DNA from: Zygnema circumcarinatum SAG 698-1b
Taxonomy: Eukaryota > Plantae > Zygnematophyceae
Length of the DNA stretch: 64,000 nt
NCBI GenBank assembly: GCA_037447605.1
Contig: CM074804.1
Location: 5,867,909-5,931,908 of the forward strand
Direction: 5' to 3'
Shown: positions 61,601 to 64,000 of the stretch, one piece after another
Layout: each line of letters starts with the position of its first letter
Numbering within the stretch: position 1 is the first letter of the stretch
The notes under the pieces: generated by a model
What the model saw: only the letters and a program-made list of their open reading frames with translations
Told to the model about the DNA's origin: nothing
Database searches by the model: none
Translations under genes and position numbers: made by a program

Positions 61601-64000
61601 CGTTCTACCATCATCTTTGTTCTAGTCGCCTGCTTTGCCAATGCTTCCCATTCAAGGCACGCACGCTTGAAAAAAGTACAAGCAAGGAGAACAGAATACC
61701 TGTGTTGGCGAAGGAACATAGTCTTTGGGGCGCCTAATCTTCAATGTCGTGCCATGTAATGAGATTCCGTCCAACGCAAGTGCAGCCACTGCATCCTCTG
61801 GTGTAATGAACTCGGCAAAAGCATAGCCTTTTTCCGGATTCACCTGCAATCTCACACAGATCGATCAGTTGCACGGTACATTAAATTTGACGGAGCTGTG
61901 TTTACCATGCACATGTCACCAAGACGCAAGTCGAAGTCACTCCATATCTGCTGCCTGTACTTCATAGCTATACACCTGGATAATCACATAAATGAAGCAG
62001 CCTCGTGATGTAGAATAATCACGATTAATTAACGGCAAATTCCTCCACCACGTCATAAATATAGCTAAAGAAATCAGTGAGGAAAGGTGCATGGTACGTA
62101 CAGAACAATTGATACATGGCTTTGTGCCTGGCAAATGATTTGCATTGACAGACATCAGGGCGGCATTGATAAACTCCATAAGCTCCCCATCCGAAACTGT
62201 TGCTGGCATGTTCCCAACGTATAGTCGCCTTGCAGGTCTTGTAGCCTGGCTGAGAACGGGCGTATTGACTGCTGTGACTCCTGCCATTTGCGGCAACAGT
62301 GAGGCCAACATGGGAGAAATAGACGGCATGCCTGCAGCAAGAGCACTTGCTAGCCCAGGAAGTGAAGTTGAAACTGCGCCAGGAGCTGAACTGGTTGCCG
62401 GTAAGGACGACAGTGCAGATAATGAAGGGGTCATAGGAGATAAAGAAGCTGCTAGGTTTGGCATAGCCGCTGCTATTGAAGCTAACCCCGAGGTGCCACT
62501 GCTTCCCAGGAGTGCTGATGCAACAGAAGCCCCTGACATACTCGGCATGGTGCTGGACACTGATGCGGCAATCGCGGCAGAAAGTTCTTGCAAGGAGGCA
62601 GGAAGGACGTTTGTCAAAACAGGCTGCAATGAGCCTGACAGCACACTTGGTAATGAAGTAGTGAGCGAGTTGGGAAGGGACATGGATGACAATGGCGTGA
62701 GAAGGGAAACTGCAGTCGTTGTACTCGAGGGAAGGCCCAGGGCTGCAAGACCAAAAGGAGACTGAGCTGCAGCAAGGGCTTGCTGCGCTTTGGCTGCAGC
62801 CTGCTGAGCAGCTGTAGCCTGAGAAACTGCCTGTTGCGCCTGTACATACTGTTGCATAGCAGCTGCTACACTTGCGCTCATACCTGGTGGCCCTTGATCC
62901 CAAGTTCTGACTTTTTTCTTTTCAGGCGACTTAGATTTTGACCTCCTATGAGGTGAGGGAGTACGCATTTCAGGACTTGTCCGGCGGCGTCTAGGTGAAT
63001 ACCCGCCTAACCCACTTCTTCCCCCACCAAACTTCCGATAACGACTATCTATGTCTGCCAACAGAGGCCTGCGGGGAGAACGGCTGCGACTCCGTGGTCG
63101 CTTGTGTGTCGGTGAACGTCTATCAGATTTTCTGCTAGAATCTTCTCTTGCAAGGCCCCTCCTTTCTGATGCGCGATCTTCCTTACTACGACGATCTTCA
63201 CGATTATTGGCATCCACCCGTCGATCACCAATCTTTGCTCTCTCGTCCCTATTATCTCGTCTTTCTCGACGATCGCGTGCCTCCCTTTCTGAGTGCCTGG
63301 TGTCATTTTCGCTTCCGTCCTTACCACTGGAGACTTTCTTACTTGCACTTTCCTCCCTCGTTTCCTGAGCACTCCCATCAGCTACTTGTTCTCCCTTTTT
63401 TTGGGAATCTTTCGAAACCTTCTCCACTGAAGACTTTGTTTCATTCATCTCAAAGTCGTGACTATCTTCAGGCCCAACACCAGTTTCGCCCTCACTTCTC
63501 TTGTTTTTTCCTGACTCTCTCTCACTTTCAAGGTGCTTCTCTGGATCATTACTCTTTCCTCTGACATTACCTTCTAACTGAAGTGCCGAGGAATGGTCAT
63601 TGGCTTCTGCATCGGGTTTGACTGTGTGATCCACAAGCATGCGACTGGTGTCTTCGGGCTTGTCCACTTGAACGTCATCCTTCACCCTTATTTGTCTGCT
63701 GTTTTCACTGACAGGCTCATCTCTGGCACGCTTGCTCCTTCTACCTTCCTCTTCCCTCCTTGCAGTTCGACCCTCTTTTCCATCTTTCTCAACTTTCTCT
63801 TTCACACCTTTAACATATTCTTTCCCGTGATCCCGGTAAAGGTCCTTGTCCTTGTTCCTGTCTCCCCTCTCTCGTCCCTTTTCTGAAGTTCTTTCTCGAT
63901 CCCTCCCGTCCCTTTCCACTTCCCCTCCCCGTTCTCTTCTCCCCTCCCGAGCTCGCTCTTTTTCCTTTTCTCTCTCCCATTCCCAAGCTCTCTCCCTTTC
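58673..64000 (-). CDS. U2AF65-like splicing factor (RS/RD-E region, ULM, two RRMs, UHM), 5'-partial
   Basis: KKKVRTWDQGPPG (ULM-like); ARRLYVGNMP; VNPEKGYAFAEFITPEDAVAALALDG...LKIRRPKDY; TGLNGLKLG; EEDIRIECAKLGNVKS; GRVYVEF...AHALHGRSFNGR. The frame stays open to the window edge; the ORF-track 'M' at 63919 is GTG. Confidence 0.9.
60895..60977. repeat. (AATCT)n degenerate pentamer microsatellite in a U2AF65-like intron
   Basis: Direct reading: ctaatctgaatctaatc... Confidence 0.85.

Noticed and set aside
62145-63886. Plus-strand ORFs of 97-206 aa opposite the U2AF65-like exon
   Set aside because: Antisense shadows of a long low-complexity coding exon.

Overview
Eukaryotic, gene-dense, intron-containing DNA from a green plant. 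The gene set and divergence suggest a non-angiosperm streptophyte (inference). I read 13 protein-coding loci by hand-splicing. In window order they are CSLC (-), RAD17 (-), NEMP (+), AKR2 (+), VPS28 (-, intronless CDS), a TRAF-type Zn-finger tail-anchored protein (-), ORC2 (+), a PLAC8/PCR protein (+), a choline-transporter-like protein (-), a GPP-type HAD phosphatase (-), a plastid TPR protein (+), a DUF1218 protein (+) and a 5'-truncated U2AF65-like factor (-). Gene 5' ends sit at GC/CpG-rich islands carrying GTAC clusters and 5-bp-periodic tracts. The most unusual items are: (1) a 1.9-kb composite repeat locus between RAD17 and NEMP, where two sequence-unrelated repeats share a 92-bp period; (2) a palindromic CAACCATTGG decamer from that locus that reappears 21 kb away; (3) a two-copy MITE with 3-bp A-N-T target duplications; (4) a 14-nt microexon carrying the RAD17 Walker A GKT, and a GC-AG intron in the same gene; (5) a TPR protein with a Tat-like lumen signal; (6) a ~150-aa insertion in the U2AF65-like UHM domain. 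I found no rRNA, tRNA or CRISPR array. All family assignments come from remembered motifs; no searches were run.
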